Shown here piece by piece: positions 63,422-64,000 of a stretch of 64,000 bases of DNA (positions within the stretch are counted from its first letter, which is position 1; each line of letters starts with the position of its first letter). The notes under the pieces are model-generated. The model was given only the letters and a program-made list of their open reading frames with translations. It made no database searches and had not been told where the DNA came from. The translations under genes and the position numbers were made by a program. The DNA lies in the NCBI GenBank assembly GCA_963815195.1, contig CAWFGE010000017.1, positions 64,001-128,000 on the forward strand, written 5' to 3'. The stretch comes from an uncultured Planctomycetaceae bacterium. Its GTDB lineage: Bacteria; Planctomycetota; Planctomycetia; Planctomycetales; Planctomycetaceae.

Positions 63422-63931
63422 TCAATTGTGTCCCACTTCCGGAAGCAGTTCCCAGCTTACTGCTTCGGCCATTTTTGCCCTGTAATGTTTTTTCACGTTC
63501 TTAGGAATCAATTTCTTGAGTTTCTTGCGGTCTGCAGTCGTTTGACGAACACCATCTTTGTATACGCGAATTTCACAGTGCTGGTAGTTTTCTGGTAAAG
63601 GATCATGTTCAAGGACAAATGTGTAAATGGCTTTGTCATTTTTTACCGGAGTCGGCATAGGATTGGCCAAAAGTTTCAGAATCCCCATGCAGAGTTTTCG
63701 ATTTCTCAGCTCAACAGGCTCCTTGGGTTCCGGCATAAGCACAAACCAGCATTTTCCACCGAGTCCACTCCGATTAACGGACTGGTCGGGAGTTGGAATC
63801 TGATTAGGTGTTATGCCTGTTGGATTGTCCTCGCCTCTGAATTCCTCCTTCATGTCGGTCCGATACCAACGAAAGAAAACTTGTTCACTATTTTCAAAAA
63901 CGGGCACAACGTCACGACTATGACGATGCAT
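63422..63931 (-). CDS. low-GC hypothetical protein (frame stays open to the window end)
   Basis: AT-rich ORF with FFRW..DQSVNRS..EHDPLPENYQHCEI; no stop in frame between 63931 and 64000. Confidence 0.6.
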   Translation of the reverse strand: MHRHSRDVVPVFENSEQVFFRWYRTDMKEEFRGEDNPTGITPNQIPTPDQSVNRSGLGGKCWFVLMPEPKEPVELRNRKLCMGILKLLANPMPTPVKNDKAIYTFVLEHDPLPENYQHCEIRVYKDGVRQTTADRKKLKKLIPKNVKKHYRAKMAEAVSWELLPEVGHN

Positions 63932-64000
63932 CTTGCGAGGTCTTGGACCTAACCAGACAAAACGACCAACGCAATAAAACAGTCGGCGGATTCTGCATGG

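Overview
A GC-rich bacterial chromosomal window, almost certainly from a Planctomycete (DUF1559 prepilin-like, DUF1501, DUF1592/1588 cytochrome-type proteins, a long ECF sigma factor and short UvrC). At least 13 single-base frameshifts interrupt otherwise intact genes, which looks like long-read indel error rather than real decay. The most notable locus is at the left edge on the minus strand: a ubiquitin-like operon of Ubl (ends ...EITAG), an E1 with a eukaryote-like C-terminal extension, a membrane-anchored JAB/JAMM peptidase and a multi-pass membrane protein that runs off the window. The window also carries leuCD, an orphan Rieske oxygenase, three Tad pseudopilin-like genes split by back-to-back sigma54-like promoters, a BlaI/BlaR1(M56) pair with an unusual CxxCH-containing sensor, an orphan soluble VirD4-like ATPase, a CdaA-YbbR fusion, a complete hypFCDEAB cluster with no hydrogenase genes, and assorted metabolic and transport genes. 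Several families of intergenic REP/REPIN-like inverted repeats are present, and a low-GC ORF sits at the right edge. No rRNA, tRNA, CRISPR array or intact transposase was recognised. All assignments come from reading motifs by eye; no database searches were run.
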